From Schlesneria sp. (GTDB lineage Bacteria; Planctomycetota; Planctomycetia; Planctomycetales; Planctomycetaceae), in assembly GCA_028291515.1 (NCBI GenBank), contig JAQGHU010000093.1, positions 16,486 through 80,485 of the forward strand: a stretch of 64,000 nt of DNA, read 5' to 3'. The notes under the pieces are model-generated. The model did no database searches and was not told the origin of the DNA. It saw only the letters and a program-made list of their open reading frames with translations. The position numbers were made by a program, and so were the translations under genes. Shown piece after piece: positions 38,945-49,338 of the stretch. The first letter of the stretch is position 1; each line of letters opens with the position of its first letter.

Positions 38945-40396
38945 CTACCGCGAATTCGCCAATCGGACAATGGCCTTCTTCACGAAGTCTTCCAGGTGAT
39001 TCCAAGAAGAAACCAAGTTCGCCAGATCAGGATCCGATGTCACGGGTGGATTGTTGGTCGGCGGATTATTGACAGGTGGATTTGTTACCGGCGGTTTCGT
39101 CCCTGGTGGCGGTTCCATCCCATGCGGATAGGGAATCGGACCTTCGGGACCATGCACGGCATTCGAATACTGCAACTGGATCGGCACGTATCCGCTGCCG
39201 TCCGCGAGCGGGATTTCCATGAAGACGGAACTCAACTGCTTGGCTTCCGCGATCGGATAGTCGCCCACTTCATTTCCGCTGTCAGATGTCCAACCGAGGT
39301 ATCGTGATGGATCTGGCCCCATCCCGGCGGCCGCATCGCCGACATCGGGGTCGGTTCGAGCTTCTTGTAGTTCATGATAGAACGTGCCGACGACGTTCTT
39401 CCAGTTTTGATCGAAGACGGGAATCCCGTTCGTCGCGCCAGTCGATGAGTTGCGTTCCGAATAGACACCCACCGCGTAGTAAACGGTAACGTTGCCGACA
39501 TGGACTGACCCGTGATAGCCACCTAGCCCTCCGGTCGAATCTTCGGCTTCTTCATGAGGGACAGCCTTGTTCGACACCGGTGCTTGTGCCATCCCGGCGT
39601 TAGGGTCACCCAGGACCGATCCCTTGGGAAGCATGAAACAGAAGACCGTATTGGGCAGATCGTAACCAGCGAATGCGCCACTGCTATACAAGCCGCTAAC
39701 CTGGCGCTCCAAATCGGTTTTCGGAACGAACGTCGGCTTCCAACCCGACAGGAAGAACGATCCCTTGAAAGTGTTCTTGAGCGGCTGATTGTTGAAGTAC
39801 TGGCAGATGACATTATTCAAGTTCGCGTCAGTCATCGCCCCGGCCAGCGCCTTATCGATATTGCGCCAATCATCATTGAGCCAAGCGGCCTGGCCGCCGA
39901 CATACACATTGGCCCAGGTCAAATTTTGAATTGTCCGTCCACCCCGATACCGCAGGTCTTCGTTCGGTGACGGAGGCAGGCCATTCGCCAGGGCTCCGTT
40001 TTGCGAGGAATCCGCCGATGACGCTGAGGTATTGATCGTGAGTTTGCGAGGTTTCGCTCCGCCGGTCGACGGCAACTGAGCTTGTCGAGTCAGAAACGGC
40101 ATAGATCGACCGTCAATCATCTGATCGTTAGACGCCAGCATCGCCAACGGACGCACGCCACCATTCTGCGCCTGCATCGACGCATGCGGCGGCAACGTGG
40201 CAAACGGCAGGACTCGCACAGATGTCGTCGTCGGCGACATCATCGGTTGAGTTGCAATCGGAGCTTGCGATTGCGGTGCCCCAGTACGAGTCGGCGGAAC
40301 GTTGTACGAAGACGGTCCACCCATCGGACCGCTGCTACAACCCATGGTGAGCAACGCCAGCATGAAGCTCAACCGCATAGTAAACGTCCCTGTCAT
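38945..40396 (-). CDS. Lipoprotein, PHI-1/EXORDIUM-like domain with HExxE motif
   Basis: Lipobox TMGC; YRGG, GYHGS, HELQEARTDP, EVGD, IQLQYSN; Pro/Asn-rich linkers. Confidence 0.55.
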   Translation of the reverse strand: MTGTFTMRLSFMLALLTMGCSSGPMGGPSSYNVPPTRTGAPQSQAPIATQPMMSPTTTSVRVLPFATLPPHASMQAQNGGVRPLAMLASNDQMIDGRSMPFLTRQAQLPSTGGAKPRKLTINTSASSADSSQNGALANGLPPSPNEDLRYRGGRTIQNLTWANVYVGGQAAWLNDDWRNIDKALAGAMTDANLNNVICQYFNNQPLKNTFKGSFFLSGWKPTFVPKTDLERQVSGLYSSGAFAGYDLPNTVFCFMLPKGSVLGDPNAGMAQAPVSNKAVPHEEAEDSTGGLGGYHGSVHVGNVTVYYAVGVYSERNSSTGATNGIPVFDQNWKNVVGTFYHELQEARTDPDVGDAAAGMGPDPSRYLGWTSDSGNEVGDYPIAEAKQLSSVFMEIPLADGSGYVPIQLQYSNAVHGPEGPIPYPHGMEPPPGTKPPVTNPPVNNPPTNNPPVTSDPDLANLVSSWNHLEDFVKKAIVRLANSR

Positions 40397-40704
40397 GGCG
40401 AATATCCTGCGCAATCCATTGCGCGTGAAGACACGATCGCACTCACGCCGCCGCGTAAACGGCAGATTCTGCCGGTTGATAACAGATGCTCCAAACCCTG
40501 ACTAGCCCTTGTTGGAGCAGCCTGTTCAAACTTTTAAGGTAAGCAACTGCGATCCGACATAAATTCTTTCCAGCAAGGAACTTCGTCGTTACGCTGACCG
40601 CGTGCATATCGAGTCCAAACGAACTCAACACAGCAGCTCTGGTCGAGTGGTTATCCGATTCCGTCTTAAGCTTTCCGGTGATCGGACATTCAAAGTCTCG
40701 ACCG

Positions 40705-41751
40705 TCACGGAAAGAAATCCGCGATGACATCGCCAATCAATTTACTGGGCGAGACGGGAATACCACGCTGCTCGATCGATTTGATCGTCTCTTTGTACTT
40801 GAGGTTGTCTCCCTCCTTCATCTTCAGCGGTTCCTCCAGCGTCCCCTTGGCAGTCCTATTCCAGGCTTTGGCGAGTTCAGAGAACTGGACGGTCATTTCC
40901 AGGCCAGTCCCACCCACGGCTTTCATCGATATTGCTTCTGCCCCCGCCAACACCTCTCCCATCGGTCTTCCGTCCTTCACCAATTGGGCAAGCTTCGCTC
41001 GATACATATCAAAAGTCGTCACCGCCTCCTTGCTGTCCTCGGACGACAGCGGCACGACGATCACAAATTGATCGCGAATGCGAGTCAATTGAATCGATCG
41101 CTCGGTACTCGCTGTCTGCAACATCTTGAGCGAGGTCGCATCGAAGGGCAGAGTGCCGTCACTACGCTTTGGCTTGGGAGACTCGGTCACCCCAGCCATC
41201 AAATCGAGCGCATGAGATGTAGACTCCCGAAACTCGTCCCACGTCACCATTGGCTTCTTGGCGACCTTCGACTTGTCCAGTTGGCCCTCAATCGCGCCGG
41301 CTAGAGCCGAAAGCGATGCGACCGCAATTGCATTCATCGTCTCACCGGGAATCACCTCGGTGTGGTGATAACCCAGTCGACCATGTTCGTCCTGATAGAA
41401 TTCGCCGGGGATGATTCGAATCGAGTCGAAATCAATCGCCGCATCGGTCGTTATCGGATTAGAACGGGAAGAATCGAGATCAATCCATCGATACGAGTGG
41501 CCACCTGTTCGTTCGATGGCAGGCACGGTCAGGAACTCAATCGGCGCGATGATGATCGATTCCCGCCGTTTCCAGATCAACTGGACGTGGTCCAGATCAC
41601 TGGGCTTCGCACAATGGATGTTCGTCCACGAGTGCAGGTGAACAAACGAATCCTCTTTCGCCTCATAACGAACGAAGTCCGTATGCGTCCCGCGAACTCC
41701 ACACCCCGCGCAAACCAGAATGGGCAGCCAGAACCAGGATCGAAGTTTCAT
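40705..41751 (-). CDS. Hypothetical lipoprotein
   Basis: MKLRSWFWLPILVCAGC lipobox; 348 aa. Confidence 0.7.
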   Translation of the reverse strand: MKLRSWFWLPILVCAGCGVRGTHTDFVRYEAKEDSFVHLHSWTNIHCAKPSDLDHVQLIWKRRESIIIAPIEFLTVPAIERTGGHSYRWIDLDSSRSNPITTDAAIDFDSIRIIPGEFYQDEHGRLGYHHTEVIPGETMNAIAVASLSALAGAIEGQLDKSKVAKKPMVTWDEFRESTSHALDLMAGVTESPKPKRSDGTLPFDATSLKMLQTASTERSIQLTRIRDQFVIVVPLSSEDSKEAVTTFDMYRAKLAQLVKDGRPMGEVLAGAEAISMKAVGGTGLEMTVQFSELAKAWNRTAKGTLEEPLKMKEGDNLKYKETIKSIEQRGIPVSPSKLIGDVIADFFP

Positions 41752-41784
41752 CAAATTTCTCCAACAGATTGATGCCTGTTTCCA

Positions 41785-42479
41785 GCACTTTTCAGGCCTA
41801 CCTTTGCAGTCGCTCAAACACTGTCAGTAAACATGCACTTTTTTGAGGAAAACTGCCAAAAATAGGGTTGTTTTGTCCCCCATTGTCAAAAGTTGTCCTC
41901 CAGTGTCAAAATTTGTCAGTGATAATTTCGAACAAAGATCCGAAGTTTGCCAAACATCGTCTTGATCAGCACACCACAAACGGGACAATCGTCTTCACGA
42001 CGATCGTCGCAGGTGCACCGTAACCAACGGGCACGCCTCTGGGCCGCTCTCTTAGCGGAAGGTCAGAGGTTCCTGTTCCTCTGTTGATAACGAAGAAGAG
42101 CGCGCTACCCACCCTCTTTCCTGAGCGGGGCGGTGTCAGCCCCTGACCCAAACACACACAACCCCACTCGCCATGCGGCAGTCGCGCTGGCCCGTCCAGT
42201 TCGGAACTGACAGCACGAGCAAAGGAGAATATGACCCCATGACAACCCATCATCACACCACAGATCAAGTCCTGATCGCCAACTTGGCCTCGAACCTCAC
42301 ACAGGCAATCTCAAGCTTTCCACTCTCCGCGACTTCGCGTCTTCGCGTGAGAAAATCTTCCACCCCCTCAAAACCCTGCCATGGACTGACAAACTCTGCC
42401 AAATCGTAAGGAAACAGAGCCCAGTGATGCCTGCATCCCTTCTCTTCTGCCCTCAATTAACCACCACGAAACGACTGCA
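41785..42479 (-). repeat. Copy 2 (inverted) of the long intergenic element
   Basis: Block B 41785-42168 and block A 42353-42479 match copy 1; the spacer between blocks differs. Confidence 0.9.
41871..41920 (-). promoter_or_regulatory. Five TGTC boxes at exact 10-bp spacing
   Basis: TGTC at 41874, 41884, 41894, 41904, 41914; function is inferred. Confidence 0.6.
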
Positions 42480-42584
42480 ACCACGTTCGGCTTCCGCCAA
42501 TCGACTAATTGCGGCCGAGCGAAGAGCAGGGTACAAGACATTCACTGCTGAATTAGTCTCACCTTTAAATCCCCAGGCCTCCAC

Positions 42585-45560
42585 ATGTTTGATCCGTACC
42601 GTAAGTGGTTGGGAATTCCGCCGAAGGATCAACCCCCAAACCATTATCGCTTGCTGGGGGTTGAGCTTTTCGAGAGTGATCTGGATGTGATCGAGGGAGC
42701 CGCCGAACGGCAGATGAATTTCGTCCGGCAGTATCAATCGGGTGAGTATGCGACCGCCGCAGCCAAGATCTTGAACGAGTTGGCAATTGCCCGTTTGTGC
42801 CTGTTGAAACCAGCGACAAAAACGGCCTACGACAAAAAACTGCGATCGGACCAAGCTCGACTCTCCGCTGCTGAGCAGCAGTTTTCTGATGTCGCGTTTG
42901 ACGATCTGCAGCCAGCCCCCAGAAAGAGAACTCGCAAGCCAAAGCCCGTATCCGCAAACCAATCGCTGCTCATCGGCGGTGGGATCGCAGCACTAATCAT
43001 CGTGCTGGCGGTCGTCATGCTTCCCCGTGGACGACGAAATCCGTCAGTCGACCAATCGAGCACGATCACTGCTGCGACTCCGGCCCCGAGCATCGAAAAA
43101 CCAACGCCGCCAGCCAAAATCGATCCGCCGTCACCAGATTCATTGTTGTGGACAGAGCCAAAGCTTGTTGCCGAACGAGCAGGGAATCCGATCGATCTGA
43201 TGAAATCAGTGGACATCGCTCGCGATGTCGCGCTGGGTGAATGGAAGCAAACGGCAACGGCGTTGATTGCCGCCCCGCATAGCCGTTTGTATGTGCCAGG
43301 AAAACTTCCAGACGACTATCAGATTAACCTTGTCGCACGCCGACTCGACGGAACCCAAGGATTGTTCGTGGGATTCATGATGGCCGGCCGTCAAGGAGTG
43401 GCGATCGTCGATGCATGGGGTTCAACAGTCAGCGGCCTGTATGTCGACGGCCGTGAAGTCAACGACAACTCAACAACCTTTCGAAGCAAGCCTCTGGCAG
43501 ATCATACGATTCAAATCGCGATTACCATTCATCCGGGCCATTTTCACATGGCCGTGGACGGGAAGACGATCACCAACTGGCACGGAAATCCAGAGCAACT
43601 GTCACTGTTTTTTGGTCTGGGCAGCCGCGAGTCTCTCTTTTTCGCCACTGCCGATTCCGGCTTCGTCATCGAATCGGCAACGCTGGTTCCCATCAAACCC
43701 GAGCCGCCCTATCCACGGCCCGACCGTCTAACAGATTCAGTTGATGTTCAGTCGCTGATCGATCTGGATCGTGATACGCAACGTGGGATCTGGGGCGCTA
43801 ACAAGGGAAAGATCTCCAGTCCCGAAGGACTGGGACAGGTCTGCCTGCCAGTGATGGTCCCCGAGGAATACACACTGTCGACGAAGGTCTTACGTCCGGA
43901 ATCCGCCGGCGGTGAACCGACAGTCATGTTCGGACTGATTGCCGGTCAATCGCGATGCCGCATTACCTTGAAGAGCGACGAAGGAGTGGCACTGGACATG
44001 ATCGATGGGCGTCGCTGGAATGAAAACGGGACGCGATTGGAGGTCCCATTCTGCCGTCCCGGTGTTCCTGCTCAGGTCGATTTCACAGTGACAAAGCAGG
44101 GCGTACGAATGGAAGTCGATGGAAAAACGTTCATTGATTGGCAAGGGGATTTTTGGCGGCTGTCGTCGCCTGATGAGTGGGCCACAGCAGATCATCGCAA
44201 GCTTTTTATCGCGACGAAGAGTCATTTCCAGTTCAGCGACATCAAGTTAGGTCCACCGAAGCCAGCGAGACCGTTTCCTCGACACGACAAAATTACGACA
44301 GACAGACCTCTTGATCTGCTTTCGATCATCGACCCCGTCCGTGATGCGAATCAGGGAACCTGGACGTCCGAAGGCCACGTGCTGCGGACAATGGCCGATC
44401 CAGCATTTGAATACTCAAAACTTGCGATTCCAGTCGATGTCCCGGAGGAATATCTCCTCACGATGCAAGTCGCCAGGGAAGCAGGCGGGCCTCACAACGA
44501 CGAGGCACTGTGTTTATTGCTACCTTTTGGGAATTCCCGAGCAGGGCTTGTGATCGATGGCCATCACTCGCAATTTACCGGCTTCGACCTCAGCAAATCC
44601 GACTTCGCCTCCAATCCGACAACTTTCAAAGGAACGGTCATTTCTCCGGACGCGGCCACCGAGATTGAAATTCAGGTGAGAAAAAATGGGGTCAAAATCA
44701 GCAGTGCCGGACGACAGATTGTCGATTGGAGCGGGAATCCAGCAAACTTCACCGTACAACCCCGTCACGCAGGTCCCGGCCGCGGAATCAGTCTGGGAGC
44801 ATGGAAGCAACGGTTTCGATTCGAGAAGTTGGAAATCCGCGCGCTCCCTCCCACAAGTCTCGCGGCCATTCCTGCGTTGCCTGCCGATGGGAATCTTTTG
44901 CCAGTCATTGACATCGCTCGTGATGTTCGAGAAGGGACATGGACAATCGGCGCCGAGGGGCTCCAATCGCCTGACCAGTACATGATCTCAAGATTGCGGA
45001 TTCCATTCACTCCACCGAGCAAGTACGCTCTGGAACTGATGGTCGAGCGTCGTGGGGGTGTCAGCGATCTGCTAATCGGACTGCCAATCGATGGACGTCC
45101 CTGCCTGGTCGCTTTCGATGGGTCTTTTGGGAAACGGGCGGGTCTGGAACTGGTAGATGGTCACTGGATCTACGACGCCGCCAATTTCACTGCGCGAGGA
45201 ACGGATTCTCACCTGCTGCCACAAGGTCAGCGTGTCAACGTAACCTGCTTCGTGCTTCCCGACACGCTGGTCGTGAACTGTGGCGATCGAGAGATCGTTC
45301 GTTGGCACGGAGATGCTCGGCGACTTTCACTCGCCCATCGCTATTTGCCGCCAAACTATTCAGACGAGGATCAAAAACTATTGTGGTTGGGAAGTTGGGC
45401 AACCAACTTTCGAATCACAAACCTGATTTTACGGCCGCTAACCACCGACGAGATCACAGAGCTCTCAACAAGCTTCACTGGCGTCTCCCCCACCACATCA
45501 CAATCGGCAGTCCCGCTGACGACGCGGGCTAAAATGACTGAGAGTTCCAATCGCAATTAA
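42585..45560 (+). CDS. Bitopic membrane protein: J-domain-like N-terminus and repeated beta-rich domains
   Basis: DPYRKWLG..ARLCLLKPATKTAYD (no HPD); one TM; four repeats starting DL...D..RD...G.W. Confidence 0.8.
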   Translation: MFDPYRKWLGIPPKDQPPNHYRLLGVELFESDLDVIEGAAERQMNFVRQYQSGEYATAAAKILNELAIARLCLLKPATKTAYDKKLRSDQARLSAAEQQFSDVAFDDLQPAPRKRTRKPKPVSANQSLLIGGGIAALIIVLAVVMLPRGRRNPSVDQSSTITAATPAPSIEKPTPPAKIDPPSPDSLLWTEPKLVAERAGNPIDLMKSVDIARDVALGEWKQTATALIAAPHSRLYVPGKLPDDYQINLVARRLDGTQGLFVGFMMAGRQGVAIVDAWGSTVSGLYVDGREVNDNSTTFRSKPLADHTIQIAITIHPGHFHMAVDGKTITNWHGNPEQLSLFFGLGSRESLFFATADSGFVIESATLVPIKPEPPYPRPDRLTDSVDVQSLIDLDRDTQRGIWGANKGKISSPEGLGQVCLPVMVPEEYTLSTKVLRPESAGGEPTVMFGLIAGQSRCRITLKSDEGVALDMIDGRRWNENGTRLEVPFCRPGVPAQVDFTVTKQGVRMEVDGKTFIDWQGDFWRLSSPDEWATADHRKLFIATKSHFQFSDIKLGPPKPARPFPRHDKITTDRPLDLLSIIDPVRDANQGTWTSEGHVLRTMADPAFEYSKLAIPVDVPEEYLLTMQVAREAGGPHNDEALCLLLPFGNSRAGLVIDGHHSQFTGFDLSKSDFASNPTTFKGTVISPDAATEIEIQVRKNGVKISSAGRQIVDWSGNPANFTVQPRHAGPGRGISLGAWKQRFRFEKLEIRALPPTSLAAIPALPADGNLLPVIDIARDVREGTWTIGAEGLQSPDQYMISRLRIPFTPPSKYALELMVERRGGVSDLLIGLPIDGRPCLVAFDGSFGKRAGLELVDGHWIYDAANFTARGTDSHLLPQGQRVNVTCFVLPDTLVVNCGDREIVRWHGDARRLSLAHRYLPPNYSDEDQKLLWLGSWATNFRITNLILRPLTTDEITELSTSFTGVSPTTSQSAVPLTTRAKMTESSNRN

Positions 45561-45578
45561 GACTCAAGCCCAGACTGG

Positions 45579-45761
45579 TCAGCCCCGAGGGAACTCGTCG
45601 TTGAGAATTTCAATGACCATCGCACTCCCTGAGATACCCGACCTTGGTTCGGTCGATTTGAGGCGATCTCGAATTGCGGTCCAAATCCGATGCACTTCGG
45701 CGAATCCCACAGGGCTGTGATTCATCGCTTCAAGCTGCTTTTCTCGGTCGCTACGAGTCAC
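45579..45761 (-). CDS. Small hypothetical protein
   Basis: 60 aa ORF in an otherwise empty gap, globular-looking composition. Confidence 0.45.
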   Translation of the reverse strand: MTRSDREKQLEAMNHSPVGFAEVHRIWTAIRDRLKSTEPRSGISGSAMVIEILNDEFPRG

Positions 45762-45973
45762 TAATTCTCCTCAATCACGGGATGTTTTCACGCTCGACAT
45801 TTGCCATATCTTATGACGAACGAAAGTGTACCCGATTCTTCGACTTCGCACTGACATCTTTAGCTTCAGATGCCAACAAAACTTACCTTTGACCAGCAGA
45901 AACGAGATGGCGATGCGGCATAGCGAGGCCTCGCCTCGGCGAATCCAAAGCGAGACGAATTCAATTTTGCGAA

Positions 45974-47341
45974 TCAGCGAGTACGGCGGATTTCACTGAG
46001 GGGATCCGCATCTTCGTCTGTGTTTTCCAATCTGTATTTGCTTGCCGAAGTCTTGTTTCCAGAGTCTCTCCAATCAATGTAGTTCTGCAGGCTTATGGAA
46101 AGCTGTAGACTGAAGTCTGTGGGTGAGGTTGTATTGTCATTGTCGAACCGATCCCCGCAGTTCAGGTTTTGGAACCATCGCATCCAGTCTTTTGATCCGA
46201 CATCGGGTATTTTTTCCGGCGCGACCAGAAACAGCGGACTGCTCGGCGACCTTGCCGGGGCCTGCGCAGTCATGTGACAACTCATGCAAGAACTCAGGTA
46301 GTTGTCGGCGGGACCGTTCAGCCGACCATTCCAACCCAGATGCGTCGGGGGCAATTCCGCGTCATCGGGGTTGATGATCGTTTGCTTGAGGTGCGGGTTT
46401 CGGCGAGTCACGACGGGAACAGGGTTCGAGTACTCGCCCCAGGTTCCGTCGTTCACCTCGGGATCGTTCCCCCATTGAATACCAACGGGAACGAGGTTCT
46501 TCCATTTGTTCTTGTTGTTCATCTTTCCGTTGTATTGGTAGTTTCCGAAAACCCAACCATGAGGGGCACGGTCGTCTCGGACCATCAGATCCATCTGAAT
46601 TAATGTCATGTCATTGAACACACGGTTCGTCGAGTCGTAATTCTCCGTGACATAGGCATTCCACTTCAACGGGTTCGTCAATGACGGCACCTGCTCTGAT
46701 GGCACATCCGTAAACAAGACTTTCATGACCACGGTTCCCACTGGAAAGTGGATGTCCTTCATCTTCGGGTGTTGCTTGTCCGCCCAGACCTTGCCAATCG
46801 TGTAACCGCCGAAGATGTTGTAGAGGCCGACCGCGTACATTTGCCCCCCTTTGTACGTCTGACTGATCGCCAGTTGCTGCGGTTGAACGGGTGCCTCTTT
46901 CGTCAGCCCATGCACACCTTCGCGACCATTCGGCCCATAATGCTGCCACGGCACATGAAACCATGTCGGCTGTGTACGCTTCGCCGCGTCGAAGTCATCC
47001 GCGAAATCACCTCCCAGCACATTCTCTTGAAAGCAGTATTCCTGAGCGCCTAGTAAGTACTCGCGCCATTTTTTCTGGAAATCAATTTCGAGGAATGACG
47101 GCTTTAAAGATTTGTCGGGCTCAACTTTTGGATACTTCTGACTCAGCGTGAACACCGGACCTTTGTACTGCTTTGAGGGCGGCAGGAAACCAAAGTCCGG
47201 GTACTGCTGATCGACATACGGCTTGTCATCATCGGCCGCAGACGCATCTCCGCAAAAAGCAGCCGCGCAGATGACAACCAAAAGAGCCAACCAAAGCACA
47301 CTTGTTGGGCGACGATCTCGACAGAATTTCATCTGTTTCAT
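45974..47341 (-). CDS. Secreted monoheme c-type cytochrome-like protein (P460-like motifs)
   Basis: Signal peptide; SCMSCH; FPVGTVVMK; MVRDDRAPHGWVFG. Confidence 0.6.
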   Translation of the reverse strand: MKQMKFCRDRRPTSVLWLALLVVICAAAFCGDASAADDDKPYVDQQYPDFGFLPPSKQYKGPVFTLSQKYPKVEPDKSLKPSFLEIDFQKKWREYLLGAQEYCFQENVLGGDFADDFDAAKRTQPTWFHVPWQHYGPNGREGVHGLTKEAPVQPQQLAISQTYKGGQMYAVGLYNIFGGYTIGKVWADKQHPKMKDIHFPVGTVVMKVLFTDVPSEQVPSLTNPLKWNAYVTENYDSTNRVFNDMTLIQMDLMVRDDRAPHGWVFGNYQYNGKMNNKNKWKNLVPVGIQWGNDPEVNDGTWGEYSNPVPVVTRRNPHLKQTIINPDDAELPPTHLGWNGRLNGPADNYLSSCMSCHMTAQAPARSPSSPLFLVAPEKIPDVGSKDWMRWFQNLNCGDRFDNDNTTSPTDFSLQLSISLQNYIDWRDSGNKTSASKYRLENTDEDADPLSEIRRTR

Positions 47342-47836
47342 TCTATAATCCTGCGGAATACGGAATCTTAAGAACAACTATTTGTTGTCCGAGACCGGGC
47401 GATACTAGCAGGACATGAGCAAAATTGTGTAACGCCGAGCAACGCAGATCGGAACCCGCAGCCGAATTTCGTAACGAATATGCCGCGCGTAACGCTCCCC
47501 TCCGTCGTTGACCAACTTTTGTTACCGAGGGCAGGGGGCATCGGTCGCGATGCATGCGAACTGAAATCACAAACTCGCCTGGTCTCCCGGCGATTGAGCA
47601 TCGAACGATGCGTTATCGCTACAACGAAGTGCCATCGGTTTGCCGCTTTTGGAGAACGGGTTCAGTTGCCCACGAAGAGTTGCTTGATTGAGTGTCGCGT
47701 CATCGTGATTACGACGGAGTGCTCGATGAGGCCCCAGACTGTAATTCCAGTTGGCATTGGTAGTCCGAAGCGGTCCACCTAATACCACCACTTTACGACA
47801 GCGATCGCTTGACCTGTGACGAGGAAGTTCAATCTT

Positions 47837-48151
47837 TCAATCGCCCTTATCTGGACCATCCCGCTCGGTCGACATTGCGTGGACTGTCGGCGGGCGGCTT
47901 CGCAGTAATAGATCCCAACTGACGAGCACCAGCAACGCCGTCAAGAGAGCCAGAGTGCCAACGACGATCGGCGATTTTACGGCCTCTAGTAGATCGGAGA
48001 ACCACGACCCACTCCACGAATGAAGGACCGAAATCCGATCTTCAGAGAGGTCCTGACTTCGCGAATCATGACCGAGTGAGTACGACGTGGCCGTTGAGAC
48101 GTGATTGTGTGACATTGAAAAGCGTTCCTCGCATTTCGAAGTTCGCATCAC
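47837..48151 (-). CDS. Small single-TM hypothetical protein
   Basis: PIVVGTLALLTALLVLVSW segment; co-oriented with the upstream operon. Confidence 0.5.
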   Translation of the reverse strand: MMRTSKCEERFSMSHNHVSTATSYSLGHDSRSQDLSEDRISVLHSWSGSWFSDLLEAVKSPIVVGTLALLTALLVLVSWDLLLRSRPPTVHAMSTERDGPDKGD

Positions 48152-48187
48152 GTTTGGCCTGACGCTGATGCGTGAAAGGGCTCCGTC

Positions 48188-48703
48188 TCACTCTGGAGGA
48201 GAGCCATTTGATTCGACACCACTTCGTTTGAGCAGATCGAGCGAACCCGCGATCGAGTTCTGATCTGCCGATCCCTCTACCTCGATGACGACCTCGTTGG
48301 GTTCGCGGCGTACAGTTGCCCGTAACGTCGATTTCCTGCTGTCAAAGTAAAGCCCGCGAAGGCGATCGTGCTTGATGAGTTCGTCGCCAGCACAGGCGTC
48401 GAATGGAACGGACTCGTCTCGCCAGAAGATCGTCACGACGTACTCCCCCGGTGCAGCTCCGTCGTCGATTGCATGGGTCATTAATCGGAAGGATCCATCC
48501 GGGTCCGTGAAACCGACAGGCCGCGCGATGACGCGTTGATCAACCGCATGGAACACCAGATTCGCTCTTCCGGCCGGCTTGCCCCCGACCAGCAACGTCC
48601 CTTTCACGGGAAACGTCTCGGCTTTCTGACAGCCGCTGCAACCTGCGGCACAGGTCAGCACGGCTACCAACAGCCATCCAGGAAACGCATTCCCGCGATG
48701 CAT
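48188..48703 (-). CDS. DUF1559-associated lipoprotein (carboxypeptidase-regulatory-like fold)
   Basis: AGCSGC; PVKGTL..GKPA; TDPDGSF; DDGAAPGEYVVTI. Confidence 0.8.
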   Translation of the reverse strand: MHRGNAFPGWLLVAVLTCAAGCSGCQKAETFPVKGTLLVGGKPAGRANLVFHAVDQRVIARPVGFTDPDGSFRLMTHAIDDGAAPGEYVVTIFWRDESVPFDACAGDELIKHDRLRGLYFDSRKSTLRATVRREPNEVVIEVEGSADQNSIAGSLDLLKRSGVESNGSPPE

Positions 48704-48787
48704 ATCTGGAGTTCCTTTACGAGGCCGCTTGTACAGAGAAACGAGACCAACCAATCCAGTGACAGATTCGCTTTGCGATGCCCCATA

Positions 48788-49222
48788 TCAATTCAACTGA
48801 AACGGCTCCAATACATTTGTCCCATCTCTGACAATCACTTTCCAATCGCTCTTGGCGGGGTCACTGTACTTACCTTCGAATTCATCGATTTCTATTTCAA
48901 TGCCATACTTTGGATCGGTGCCGACGCCGGGCTTCGTTAAGGTAACGACATACGCGCCGTGAGGTGCCCCATTGCCGGGCGCGCCAGTCCCGACGATGAA
49001 CGTGCCATTCGGTCCCGTGTCACCCACAACGCCCCACTTGATCGGCCCCATGTCGAATTCCGGATGCATCGTCACCCGGATCCCCGGCACCCCTTTGCCG
49101 TTCAGCATCACCCTGCCCGAAACAGGTACCGTCTTCGGCGGCGAGACCTGCTGACTGCAGCCGATCAAGACGCCGACAGCCAGAACCAAAGCAGAACCAA
49201 GCAAACAAACTCGCGAACACAT
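48788..49222 (-). CDS. DUF1559-associated lipoprotein (carboxypeptidase-regulatory-like fold)
   Basis: LIGC; PVSGRV..GKGV; GAPHGAYVVTL; GKYSDP. Confidence 0.8.
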   Translation of the reverse strand: MCSRVCLLGSALVLAVGVLIGCSQQVSPPKTVPVSGRVMLNGKGVPGIRVTMHPEFDMGPIKWGVVGDTGPNGTFIVGTGAPGNGAPHGAYVVTLTKPGVGTDPKYGIEIEIDEFEGKYSDPAKSDWKVIVRDGTNVLEPFQLN

Positions 49223-49338
49223 GTTCCAAATTCTTTCGAAAAGCGCAAGAATTATCTGATCAGCAGGGTACCACGGTTTTGGAATCCTCGACAAAGCCGT
49301 GTCTTCTCCGCGCTTTGACCGAAGCTTTACTCTCCAAC

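Noticed and set aside
35182-42479. Composite transposon
   Set aside because: No transposase or integrase in or near the repeats, the copies are diverged, and I found no target-site duplication
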